Positions 52,909 through 63,000 of a DNA stretch of 64,000 nt are shown piece by piece. Source of the DNA: Andalucia godoyi And28. Taxonomy: Eukaryota; Protista; Jakobida. A model generated the notes under the pieces. That model saw only the letters and a list, made by a program, of their open reading frames with translations, was not told where the DNA came from and searched no databases. The stretch lies in the NCBI GenBank assembly GCA_009859145.1, contig VRVR01000001.1, positions 326,463-390,462 on the forward strand, written 5' to 3'. Both the position numbers and the translations under genes were made by a program. Within the stretch, counting starts at the first letter, position 1. The number at the start of each line of letters is the position of its first letter.

Positions 52909-54576
52909 TCAGTTCTCCAGTGGCTCGAGCAGTTTTTGTACTACAGTGTTCAGATGTTCTAAGCGCACCGCACTGACCTGCCCGGAGTTCCTGCTGTGAA
53001 TTTCGGCTTCGTTCTTCTCGAGGGACTTATTTCCGAAAACTATTATGTACGGTGTACCCATCAGCAGCGCATCCTTCATTCGAACGCCAGCCGAAAGGTG
53101 CATACGATCATCAATCAGTGTGTTGGAAGCGAGTTTGAAATGGGCCAGTGATTTGTCCGAGAATAGGCGGAAGCACGCATCTTTCATACATTGCAACACG
53201 CTGCTATTGTTGGACATGGAGACAATGTGCAAGCAGTATGGGGCAATAGTTAGCGGCCACTTCAGACCATTCTCATCGTGATGCACCTCCGCGATCGCCG
53301 ACATTAATCTGGAAACGCCGATCCCGAAGCACCCCATCTCCGCCATCTGGCCTTTGCCATCCGCATCTTGGTACTTCACATTCATGCTAGAGGAGTACTT
53401 CGTTCCCAAGTAAAAAACATGACCAACCTCCATCCCGGCGGTCGTCGTTAAGGTTCGTTCACAATCTGGCTCGTTGCACACTCCAGAACCCCTCGGAAAC
53501 TGCAAATCCGCAACCAAGGCCGATGGAAGCAGACGAGACAACGAGGTATCAACCACCACCAAACCATCCTTGAAAGCCTCGTTCTTCAAATCCGTTGCTG
53601 CCACTTGCTCAATATTGTCCACAGTAAACGAAGTATTTCGCACATCCTTGAAACCCAGAGCGTGAGACATCTGTACACAGTTGACTGTCACTTGATGAGG
53701 AACGACAATCTTGCATTGGATCATGGACACTTCGGAACTGCTACTGCTACCAACGCTTCCAGACACCTGCAATATGGAAACCAAATCAGCAGGTTCACAA
53801 GAAACGATTTTTGGTCCAGCGACTGCCTTCTCAATGTTTGCTTGATAACCGCATTTCTTGCAAAATACCAGCGTATCCTCTCCTGCCGGGCAGCGCACCT
53901 GGTATTCATGCGACAGATTGCCGCCAATTGCCCCAGAATCCGCCACGCAGCGCACCCATTGCAGTCCCATTCTGTTAAAAATACGTTCATATGCACCGGA
54001 AACATCTTCATATGTCTGGAACGCTTCTTGCTTTGTCTTATCAAACGTATATAAATCTTTCATGACAAACTCCCGACCCCGCATGAGGCCAAAACGAGGA
54101 CGCAGTTCATCTCGATACTTTCGGCCAATTTGAAAGAGTCGTAGGGGTAGATTCCGATGCGACGAAATCTCGGCTGCCACGAGGTCAGAAATAGCTTCTT
54201 CATGAGTGGGAGCCAAGCAGTACGATACTCCTTTGCGATCCTTTAACCGCATTAGCTCGTCTCCGTACTCTTGCCATCTTCCTGTCTTTCTCCATAGTTC
54301 TTCGGAGAGCAGCAGAGGCAAGGATACCTGACGACATCCAATTCTTTCCATTTCATCTTCCACGACATCAGATATCCTACGCAGCAGGCGATTTCCCAGT
54401 GGAAGAAAGGAAAATATGCCAGAAGAGGACGGTCGAACATATCCTGCCCTTGTGAGCAGCTTATGGCTAACTACCACAGCATCCGCTGGTGCATCTCGCA
54501 GGGTCGGAGCAAAGTAGGATGAAAGAATGTTCCAAGACCTTGGAAAAGCAGAAGAAAACGATCGAAAACAGAGCAT
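52909..54576 (-). CDS. PARS2: Proline--tRNA ligase, bacterial/mitochondrial type
   Basis: SHKLLTRAGY...GIFSFLPLG, CLAPTHEE, YRDELRPRFGLMRGREFVMKDLY, GMEVGHVFYLGTKYS, MGCFGIGVSRL; presequence-like N-terminus. Confidence 0.95.
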   Translation of the reverse strand: MLCFRSFSSAFPRSWNILSSYFAPTLRDAPADAVVVSHKLLTRAGYVRPSSSGIFSFLPLGNRLLRRISDVVEDEMERIGCRQVSLPLLLSEELWRKTGRWQEYGDELMRLKDRKGVSYCLAPTHEEAISDLVAAEISSHRNLPLRLFQIGRKYRDELRPRFGLMRGREFVMKDLYTFDKTKQEAFQTYEDVSGAYERIFNRMGLQWVRCVADSGAIGGNLSHEYQVRCPAGEDTLVFCKKCGYQANIEKAVAGPKIVSCEPADLVSILQVSGSVGSSSSSEVSMIQCKIVVPHQVTVNCVQMSHALGFKDVRNTSFTVDNIEQVAATDLKNEAFKDGLVVVDTSLSRLLPSALVADLQFPRGSGVCNEPDCERTLTTTAGMEVGHVFYLGTKYSSSMNVKYQDADGKGQMAEMGCFGIGVSRLMSAIAEVHHDENGLKWPLTIAPYCLHIVSMSNNSSVLQCMKDACFRLFSDKSLAHFKLASNTLIDDRMHLSAGVRMKDALLMGTPYIIVFGNKSLEKNEAEIHSRNSGQVSAVRLEHLNTVVQKLLEPLEN

Positions 54577-54669
54577 TCGAGCAGCTCGTTTTGAGAACAG
54601 GTTTGCACACAAAAATGCGAAAAATTGGAAAAGAGTGATGCGAAAGAGAACATGGTCCCTTTTTATATA

Positions 54670-55277
54670 ACGCAACCCCAAAACGACTGGTGGACTGCTG
54701 TGAATAAATGGCTGTTGACAGCCGTCGACATTGCTGTTGAATGAAGGATGAACCTGCAGATTGCTGCTACCGGTTGTGGTTGTTGTTGATGTTGCGGCGG
54801 CGTAGTGTGCAGGTCGAGGCCCAATGAGACACTGTCGAATACGGACAACCGATTCCTTGTAATCGATGATTCCTCCGCCGCGGCCTCTCTCTGCGTGTGT
54901 GTGGGTGTGACGCACAACATTGCCAATCAACAGAATGAATACAATATCCGCTCGATTGAAAACAGCGAATGAAAGATCGAGAGAGAATCAACAAGTTGAT
55001 AAATTGCGGAATGGCAATAAAAGAATCTCGCTGAAATCCCTAGTTCTTTCCTTGTTCCCAAGGTCCAGACGGTTTCTAACGAATGCACTCATTGATCCAT
55101 TCGAGAGCTCTGAACGAAATGCAGGTTGTTTCTGGTTTGGGGTGCGCAGACCCACGGATGTCCACTCAAAGGGGAACTTCATGCTGAAGCGGATTTATAA
55201 AGTCCCTCTACGCCAAATAACCTGTCTGAGGCGCAGCATGTGAGCCAAATGCTTGGAGAGAATTGAGTTGGAGGGTT
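54670..55277 (-). mobile_element. Non-autonomous Fanzor1-derived 'ghost' element, copy C (about 610 bp)
   Basis: Shares a long identical block with copy B and both ends with copy A (imperfect TIRs ...aaccccaaaacg / gagttggagggtt, TA-flanked). Confidence 0.8.
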
Positions 55278-55469
55278 TACTGTACCTTTTGTTTCTTTTT
55301 GCAGCATTTGTTTGACGAAAGTCGACTGTCTTGAAGCAGACCTTCATCCTTGGTCTTTCTCTCTTCTCTCCATTTCCCACAGAGAGCGTCAGCTTTCCTT
55401 TTCTTTGATTTCCCTCCATTCTTTTCGATTTCAAGTTTGGTGGTCGCCGTCAAACTGTATCATATAAAA

Positions 55470-57473
55470 ATGTCTTGGAAGGGATTTTTTTCCAAAGTCC
55501 AAGAGACAGTGAATGCTGCACAGCCAAAGCTTGCCAGCATCCTTCAGAAAGGAGTCCAGCTTTTGTCGTCAGACCCTCCCGAGAAACAAGCCTCGATGGA
55601 GTGGAACCACGTCATCGACTACTTTGGACATTTGGAACAACGTGACAGGAAGTCGCAACTGAAGGAACCACTTCGATCGGAAGTGTTTGACAGACTGGAC
55701 AGAATGATTGCACTGTTGATCCAAGAGTCGCAGGATCCAGCCAGTGAACGTCGAGTATTTGCATTTTTCAAAGAGAATAATGTAGTGACCACTGTCTGTC
55801 GATTGTGTCAACAAGATATCCCGATCGGTTGTTCTTCAAGACTTTTGCAATCGTTGTCCAGACTTATTCAAGATGTGCCTTTCGAATTTCTGTCCGTTGC
55901 GAGCAATTTGAGGCCGATTTCGGACTGTCTCTCGAACATCGTCTTCAACGCGCCGTTTCGGGATCAGTACTCATCCGAGCTGGCGACGTTGCTTCTCAAG
56001 CTGTCCACGCGCTTACAGCGAGATGAACGATTGCTGGGTCTTTTCATGCCCGATGAAAACACATTTCCTATCATGTCATGTGTTTTGGAGATGTTTACCA
56101 GTGCGCCTTCTGGCAAGGTGGGAGAAAAGATCAAGAATGCGATCATCGCACTGTGTTGCATATCGGACAGTACTTTCGGGGCCTTTGCAATCGGCGGTTT
56201 GCATCCAAATGTTGCGGATGTTGTTCTTCACCATCTCATGAGTCTGTATGCAGATCTGGATCGTCGCAACTTTCACATTTACGACACCAAAAACGAAACT
56301 GCGACGAAGGAATTCTTCCGACATCTTTCCTTTGTGGATCGCTTGTTACAAGTTTCAAACAAGCATATCCAAGAGTACATTCAATCTCGATTAGAAGTGG
56401 AAGTTGGATCATCTTTTTTGCGCGCCGAAGTGTTCTTCTCGGATGAATCCGCCCAGGCTGGTACCACTGAACATGCGCTTGTTTTCTTGCGAGAAATTGT
56501 TCTTTCTATTGAGTCAAACGGATTTCTGCGTGCCATTGTTAGTGCCATTTTTGTTAATCATCCTTCTCGATCCGAAGCTTTACTTTCCAGACTGTTTTCC
56601 GAAGATGAGCATATTGTCCTTGGCGTCCTTGACTTTTTATCGGCCTTATTGTCTCGAAACCATTGGGAAACGTTGTGGATCCTTGTTGGACAGTATTTTC
56701 AGTCTGCCTCATTCTTGAATGAAGGAACATCTTCGGTGTCCGTTGAATTGTTTTCTCAGAAAGATAGGGAAGCGATATTTGCATTGTTTCCTGCAATCGA
56801 TGGCGTTCCGTCGGAGAACTCCGTCTATGCTGAGGATGCGAAATCCAAAATCATGTCCAATCTCATGTCATTGCACTTGATGAGTTTCCAGTTACAAGAT
56901 CCTGCACTTGCAAGTGTCTTCCGGTTTCCTGAAAAGGAGATTGTTTTGAGGAACAACTCAGGGGTTCCGGATGTCAGAAATTGCTTACTATTGAGCTCCT
57001 TGTTACGGAAATTTTCTCAGTTTTTGTCCAACTCTTCTGTTGTGAATATCCAGTTGACAGGGTTATTGTCCAGCCTGTGTGTCATCCCGTGCCCGCTGCT
57101 GCTATGTTTTCTCTTCTGCCCGTCGTTGGATGTCAGTCCCGATTGTCCTTCACTGTGTAAGTCGTTGAGGTTTCTTAGCCGTCAGATACTATCCGACTTG
57201 CAATATCCGTCTATTTCTGAGCGGCTTCCGAATGTTCTGGCCCATTTGGGAATTTCTGATGCTCCTGCGGAGCAGTCGTCGGAGTTGGAAAAGGACTCCA
57301 ACTTTGATGTTTCGGTGGCCATCCTTCTCGAGTTCAAGAGAGAGTTTACGGGAACGTTGGAAGCTTGGGCTGGATCATCATCTTGGCTGGACAGTGAGGC
57401 AAAATCGGTGCAAGAAGAACTCGAAACAGCAAGGCATTTACATTTTGAGAATGAACCCACAGAGCGAGAGTAA
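55470..57473 (+). CDS. FHIP/FAM160 (RAI16-like) family protein
   Basis: LDRMIALLIQE..D, VNIQLTGLLSSLCVIPCPLLLCFL, AILLEFKREF follow the FAM160 pattern. Confidence 0.8.
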   Translation: MSWKGFFSKVQETVNAAQPKLASILQKGVQLLSSDPPEKQASMEWNHVIDYFGHLEQRDRKSQLKEPLRSEVFDRLDRMIALLIQESQDPASERRVFAFFKENNVVTTVCRLCQQDIPIGCSSRLLQSLSRLIQDVPFEFLSVASNLRPISDCLSNIVFNAPFRDQYSSELATLLLKLSTRLQRDERLLGLFMPDENTFPIMSCVLEMFTSAPSGKVGEKIKNAIIALCCISDSTFGAFAIGGLHPNVADVVLHHLMSLYADLDRRNFHIYDTKNETATKEFFRHLSFVDRLLQVSNKHIQEYIQSRLEVEVGSSFLRAEVFFSDESAQAGTTEHALVFLREIVLSIESNGFLRAIVSAIFVNHPSRSEALLSRLFSEDEHIVLGVLDFLSALLSRNHWETLWILVGQYFQSASFLNEGTSSVSVELFSQKDREAIFALFPAIDGVPSENSVYAEDAKSKIMSNLMSLHLMSFQLQDPALASVFRFPEKEIVLRNNSGVPDVRNCLLLSSLLRKFSQFLSNSSVVNIQLTGLLSSLCVIPCPLLLCFLFCPSLDVSPDCPSLCKSLRFLSRQILSDLQYPSISERLPNVLAHLGISDAPAEQSSELEKDSNFDVSVAILLEFKREFTGTLEAWAGSSSWLDSEAKSVQEELETARHLHFENEPTERE

Positions 57474-57489
57474 ATCAGTTTTATCTTTA

Positions 57490-59346
57490 TCACTCATTTC
57501 GCAGTTGGCGATTCTCGAGATAGTCCACAAGGGCTCGATGTCCATATCGTTCCGCCTCATCCTTGCACGAAATTCCTGGGCCGTACGTAGCGAGCAATGA
57601 TTCAGGCGAAATGTTCACCAAATATTCCACAACCTCCCGTTGATTTGCAGCACATGCAAAATGAATGGGATATCTTCCGTCATAGTTGCTAACAAAAACA
57701 TCTGCACCGAATTGGACGAGACGACAGATGAAGGATAAATCGCCAGTGTATGCAGCGCGGCACACAAAAGACGGAAATTCTGCAAGCGACTCGTCAAAAG
57801 AATCTTTCAAAGTAGCACCTGCTTGTACTAGCAAGCTGCAAACATCATCATGGCCGGCGAACAGCGCATCTCGCAGAGCCGTGTGCCCAAACCTGTCTTT
57901 TGCGTGAACAAACGCACCTTTCAGCAAAAGATATTCCACCACGTCTTTGAAACCACCGCTGGCTGCGACGTGAAGTGGAGATCGAGCATCATAGTCTGTC
58001 AAATTAACAATCAACGGATTGTCTGAAGTTTCAACATACCGCTTGATCATGGACAAGTTTCCGGACCCCGCAGCAGCACACAGGAGCGATGGATACAAAG
58101 CGTCAGCAATCTTCTTGCGGTCTGCAAAATCGGTCTCCAAGGCTCGCGCAACAGCGCTGACGAATGTTTCGTCCAAAAACGAAAATCGCTGCTTCGGTGC
58201 AATGAACGTCAACTCACCGCGCATATTCTTTTTCAACAACTCTCGAACTTCTCGCACATCAAGTCCTTTGCCAAGCAAGTACGACAACTTTCCCAAAGCA
58301 CACTCAGCAGTCATATCTGAACCGCAAACAACACCGACTTCTGTCAGCCCTCTTCCGGCGGCATATATATCCGAGACAATTCCCTTTGCGCATTGTGTGA
58401 CATTCACGATGACAACACCTCTGTTGCATGCATTTCTCAACACACCCAACAAATCAGCGCGTTCAGGTGCATTTCCAGCTCCAAACGTTTCAAGCACCAC
58501 TCCTTCCATGGGTGGTTGAAGAAACGCGGCCAACGTCGTCGCTGTGATTCCTGGAAACAGACGGATGGCTCCCACATTACGGCACAGCGTCGTGTGGACA
58601 GCAAACCGCGCAATTGAGTAAGGTACGAAGACGGCATCCCACGCAACATTGATTCCAATTCCAGCAGTCGCAATGGGAGCAAAATTTGGAGAATCAAAAG
58701 CGTTGTAGCCAATTGCGTCCATTTTAGAGGTTCTGTTTCCACGAAAAGCGCAATTGTTAAAAAAAAGCAGAACTTCAGGGATGACAAAATGACCTGCAAT
58801 TGTCAAAGACCCCAGCAAGTTCTCTCTAGCGTCATTTCTGATTTCCGAAACCGGCACTTGCGAGCCGGTAATGACAACCGTCTTTCCCAAGTTTTCGAGA
58901 ACGAACGACAACGCCGATGCAGTGTACGACATCGTGTCAGTCCCATGGAGAACGACAAATGCATCATAGGAATGATAGTGCTTTCCAATATCGGATGCAA
59001 TTCGCAGCCAGTCATCCATGTCCATGTTCGAGGAGTCTAACAACGGACAATACTCAATAATGTTCCAGCACACACGCTTCTCGTATAATGACATTGGCAT
59101 CACATGGCCAGAAGAATGATCTGCCCACTCGGGGTCATGAAACTGATACATGGACTCCAATTTGTGCTCGAGATAATCAGGCTCAGGTGCGTACCCGCGG
59201 GGCGTGTTCTTCATTCCAATCGTGCCGCCCGTGTAAATGATCAACACACGGGTAACCTCGTTGTGGTGCACATACTGTGCTTGCTCAGAAGCAGAAATAT
59301 GAGCAGCCGTTAAGGACTCCGGCACTCGGTACTTGTCATGAGACAT
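57490..59346 (-). CDS. ASPG: L-asparaginase/lysophospholipase with C-terminal ankyrin repeats
   Basis: IIYTGGTIGM, LLDSSNM, HGTDTMSYTAS, TGSQVP, ETFGAGNAP, DYDARSPLHVAAS ankyrins. Confidence 0.95.
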   Translation of the reverse strand: MSHDKYRVPESLTAAHISASEQAQYVHHNEVTRVLIIYTGGTIGMKNTPRGYAPEPDYLEHKLESMYQFHDPEWADHSSGHVMPMSLYEKRVCWNIIEYCPLLDSSNMDMDDWLRIASDIGKHYHSYDAFVVLHGTDTMSYTASALSFVLENLGKTVVITGSQVPVSEIRNDARENLLGSLTIAGHFVIPEVLLFFNNCAFRGNRTSKMDAIGYNAFDSPNFAPIATAGIGINVAWDAVFVPYSIARFAVHTTLCRNVGAIRLFPGITATTLAAFLQPPMEGVVLETFGAGNAPERADLLGVLRNACNRGVVIVNVTQCAKGIVSDIYAAGRGLTEVGVVCGSDMTAECALGKLSYLLGKGLDVREVRELLKKNMRGELTFIAPKQRFSFLDETFVSAVARALETDFADRKKIADALYPSLLCAAAGSGNLSMIKRYVETSDNPLIVNLTDYDARSPLHVAASGGFKDVVEYLLLKGAFVHAKDRFGHTALRDALFAGHDDVCSLLVQAGATLKDSFDESLAEFPSFVCRAAYTGDLSFICRLVQFGADVFVSNYDGRYPIHFACAANQREVVEYLVNISPESLLATYGPGISCKDEAERYGHRALVDYLENRQLRNE

Positions 59347-59969
59347 CTCGCGCGATGAAAGAATCAGATAAAGACTTCCGAAGAAGAAAAGAGAAAAACA
59401 AAAACAAAAACACGGAGAAACCGGGGAGCATCAGTGAAAAATGGAAGAGCAGATTTCTTCCTGCCTGGGCCTCAGAGATCCCCCCGACAGATCACCACCC
59501 ACCCAACCAGCAGATTATCTTCCTCTCGAGATGCCGTTCGACCCAAAGAAGGAAACAGACATTTGCTCTGACCCGCTCTGACATCACCACTGACAGCTTG
59601 ACGCTTTCCTGGCGTTCGCTCTTTCCTCATCCTCATGCTTTCCGTTTCCCCTCTTCTCGTTTTTTTGTTCCTTCTTTTCCTTTCCTCCTTTTCTCTTTCC
59701 CTTCTTAATTTGACAATGTTCATCCCTGCGTGTTACTGGTTTCCGATTTTCAGTTCGTCGATCAGCGTCATACCAGGGAGAGATGGATCGCAAAATTGAA
59801 GCAAGAGCGAGACTCTTCATGTCTCATCTTTCAACTCCGTTGCGATAGATACTTTTGGATCACCAACACTCTTTCCGTTCAAGGCTCACTTTACAGACCA
59901 AAGAAGAAACACAACAAACAAACTACGCAAGAATGCAAACGAATCGTCCATAGATGAGCGGCGTGCTGG

Positions 59970-60015
59970 AAAAACAAACAAAACAAAACAAAACAAAACA
60001 AAACAAAACAAAACA
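59970..60015. repeat. (AAAAC)n microsatellite
   Basis: aaaacaaaacaaaac... run; boundaries approximate. Confidence 0.85.
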
Positions 60016-60098
60016 AACCAGACAAGAACAGCATATTTTTACTATGACAACAACGCATTCCACAAGAACAACACCCAGACATCAATCCCATGAATGCG

Positions 60099-63000
60099 TT
60101 AATCATCCAACTGAAGCAGAAGAGCAACACCGCGTCGAACCCAGTGATCCTCAGGCTTATCTGATGGGACTCGGATTGCAATGACAAAATTGGTACTATG
60201 CCCGGTCGTGGATAGCACACCGCGCCGAGCGCTTTCCTTGTACACCGGACACCTGTAATGCGGCCGCTTCGGAATCTTCGCGGATTCAGCCGGTTTCAGC
60301 CAAATAATTGGACACTCCGAGAACAACACTTTGGGCTGCGATTCATCCAGAACGTGTGTTTCAGAATTCCAGCGCGCACACTCAAAGAACATACCACGGA
60401 TGTATGCTCCATCCGTAGGCTTCGAAGTCGGAACGGGACCGTCAATGAACTCAAAGTCGAACTCCAAAATGTCGACAGGAATGGTGTACTTTCTCGCAAA
60501 GTTTTGTAGAATGCCAGTCAAACAGGCCTGTGTAAAGAAGAAACCAGAAACCCATAAGATTGTCGGAGGCCCAGAATTGAACCACGATTGCAGCATCTCT
60601 AATCGCATCAGAAGGTCTGCCACATACCCGGCCAGCGGTTTCCTCGACGGATACGACTTTGATGCCCAGGCCGAGGGAACCTGTCCATTGTACAACGAGA
60701 TACCGACCTTTTCTAAATCCGAACTCATAACGACAAGACCTTTGATCGCTTTCCGAATCTGATTGAGGGTGGAGCGAATGACAGTGGTCAATTTGTTGAA
60801 GCGAATCAGCTCCTGACAGAACACCGTGTTCATGGATTCGTTGTAAGAAACGGGGAATTTCTGCTGCGCAAGTTCACCGTCAAAAGGAGCAGGGAGTTTG
60901 GCAAGAATCGAGGTGGCAACTTCGTCGACCACTCGGTCTTGTTCTGAAGATCCCCCGCCTTTTCGCGCACCTGACTGAGCTGTCAAAACAGAAGCGAACA
61001 AGGCAGATGTGTCGTTGATATTCTTTGTAATGTCCGCATTTTCATGCATACCAAAGACCTCCGGAAGAGCAATTGCCGGCAAACTTTCGATTGGCAGAAT
61101 CGCTGCATCCCTAGATGACGTAGAAGACGCAGGATCCCAAGCAGGAACCACGTACGTACCAGATTCAGAAAAGCGATACTTCGGATCACTGATGATCTTG
61201 GGAGTGTACACCATCCGAAGAATGCTCATCATGCAGCGACGATCCCAATCATCGGTTACTCGGCCGCCGTAATTGCACTCGCCTGTAAGATACAGCAGAG
61301 CAGCGAATGGCACTTCGTGGTTTCCTTGGGTCAGCGATTCATTGAGGAACATATGCAATTGACGCACGGAAATGCGGAGGTCCGTTTCATTGAACTCATA
61401 TGGAATGTTGAATCCAATGGCTCCGAATTTTCTTCGTTCCTGAACGATTGCGTGGAAGAAGCAGAGCCCAAATGCCAGCCGATGCCACTCCATTTCCCGT
61501 TGACAAGACTCATAGAAATTCGGGTCGTTGATCGGATCCGAATTATAAGAACGCAACAAATTGGCACGAAGACCTTTGGGCGGTTCGTTTGTCATTTTCA
61601 CTCCATCTTGAAGAACGGACAACGGGAATTTGTCGCTGGGATACGAAGTCAACCACAACCGGAAATTCTGATGCGTTGTGTCCGGCGAAATGGCCTCGCA
61701 AATTCTTTCGAGCGTGGACATCCAAGAAGTTGCTAGATGACAATTCTGCAAGACAACCCAGCCACCAATCCTCATTGCATTCTGAATCAACCGTTCTGCA
61801 ATAGGCCCTTGTCCTTGTCCCAGTGAGATGGATTCCAGCTTGTCGCTCATGCGCATTGAATCGGCAAATTTGAGCAGTTCATTCATGGGATCGGAACCCG
61901 GTGACAACACAAAAATAAGCGGAGATCGCACCGTGGAGTCCGCAAATGTCGAAGGCAAGTCAAAACCGGGCGGAGAAACAAACTGTGCGCCAGTTTTCCC
62001 GCTGACAAAACTAAAGACAGCCGGAACAACCTTGTCTGGACGCAAGCACCGAACAATCAACAACAGCTGGAATGGAGAAATCCTCTGCGACCATCCGTCC
62101 GGCAACGGATGTTCGTGGGGCAGTGCCAAATCATACCATTCTTGCCATGAACTGACGTTTCTTTCGACGGATGTCGCAAAATCCGAAAAAGGCTGCGGAG
62201 CCTGGTCCGTCAACCGACAGATTTCGTCCCAGGACCTCTGAGAAAGCCACGCAGGAGCAGGATTGGCTCGAGTGTTTTCACCCAAAGAGACACCTCCAGT
62301 GAGAAGGAATCGAAGTTCAAAGGCATTCAGATCCTTTGATTCCCTGTCCATTATTGCAATGGTGAGCAAGAACGAGAACAAAAGTTTGTCCTTTTCAAAC
62401 AGGGATCTGCAGACATTGCAGTACAGAGAATAGGTAAAGTGCGCATTCAGATTAGCGAGGCGTACATCCAAATCCGACGATCTTTCCGCATTTGCTATTG
62501 ACTGCAAGAACAAATTCTGATACCATGTCAGCGAATACTGGTACATCGGATCGATGTTCGACAAAGATGCTATGCAGAAGAACAGCAGTGAAGACCGCAG
62601 TGCAACTGGCTGATACCTGATACGCGCAGCATCGATTTTAGCCTCAGTCTGTTCTGCAATTTGCTGCTTCTTTTCGATCTTGATGGACAATTCCTTTGAC
62701 GCGGACAGAACCTCAATTCCGGAAGAATCCTCCAATATATTTGATGCAGTCGACAAAACCTCAAGAATCTTATCCTCAATTTCTTTCAGCTGTTTCTTAT
62801 TCGCAGCAGATTGTATGATAAGATCGTTCTTTTCATCTTCCAAATCAGGTCTTTCCTGGGCCACAACGGTTCCCAGCAGCTGATCTTCGAGACCTTCAGG
62901 AGTGATCATGAAGTTGATAAGCGTGACCTTTGTTGACAATTCTGGTAGATAATGGGGATTTCGCAGTTTGGTTGTGATGTATAATCTGAAATCTGCAGAA

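Noticed and set aside
35378-55277. CRISPR-like array interpretation of the repeated elements
   Set aside because: The copies are dispersed kilobases apart with TIRs and coding remnants; there is no tandem repeat-spacer structure
1888-57473. Apparent clustering of endolysosomal trafficking genes (BLOC1S4-like, COMMD9-like, HPS5-like, YIPF, FHIP)
   Set aside because: They are scattered among unrelated genes; eukaryotic gene order of this kind is usually coincidental
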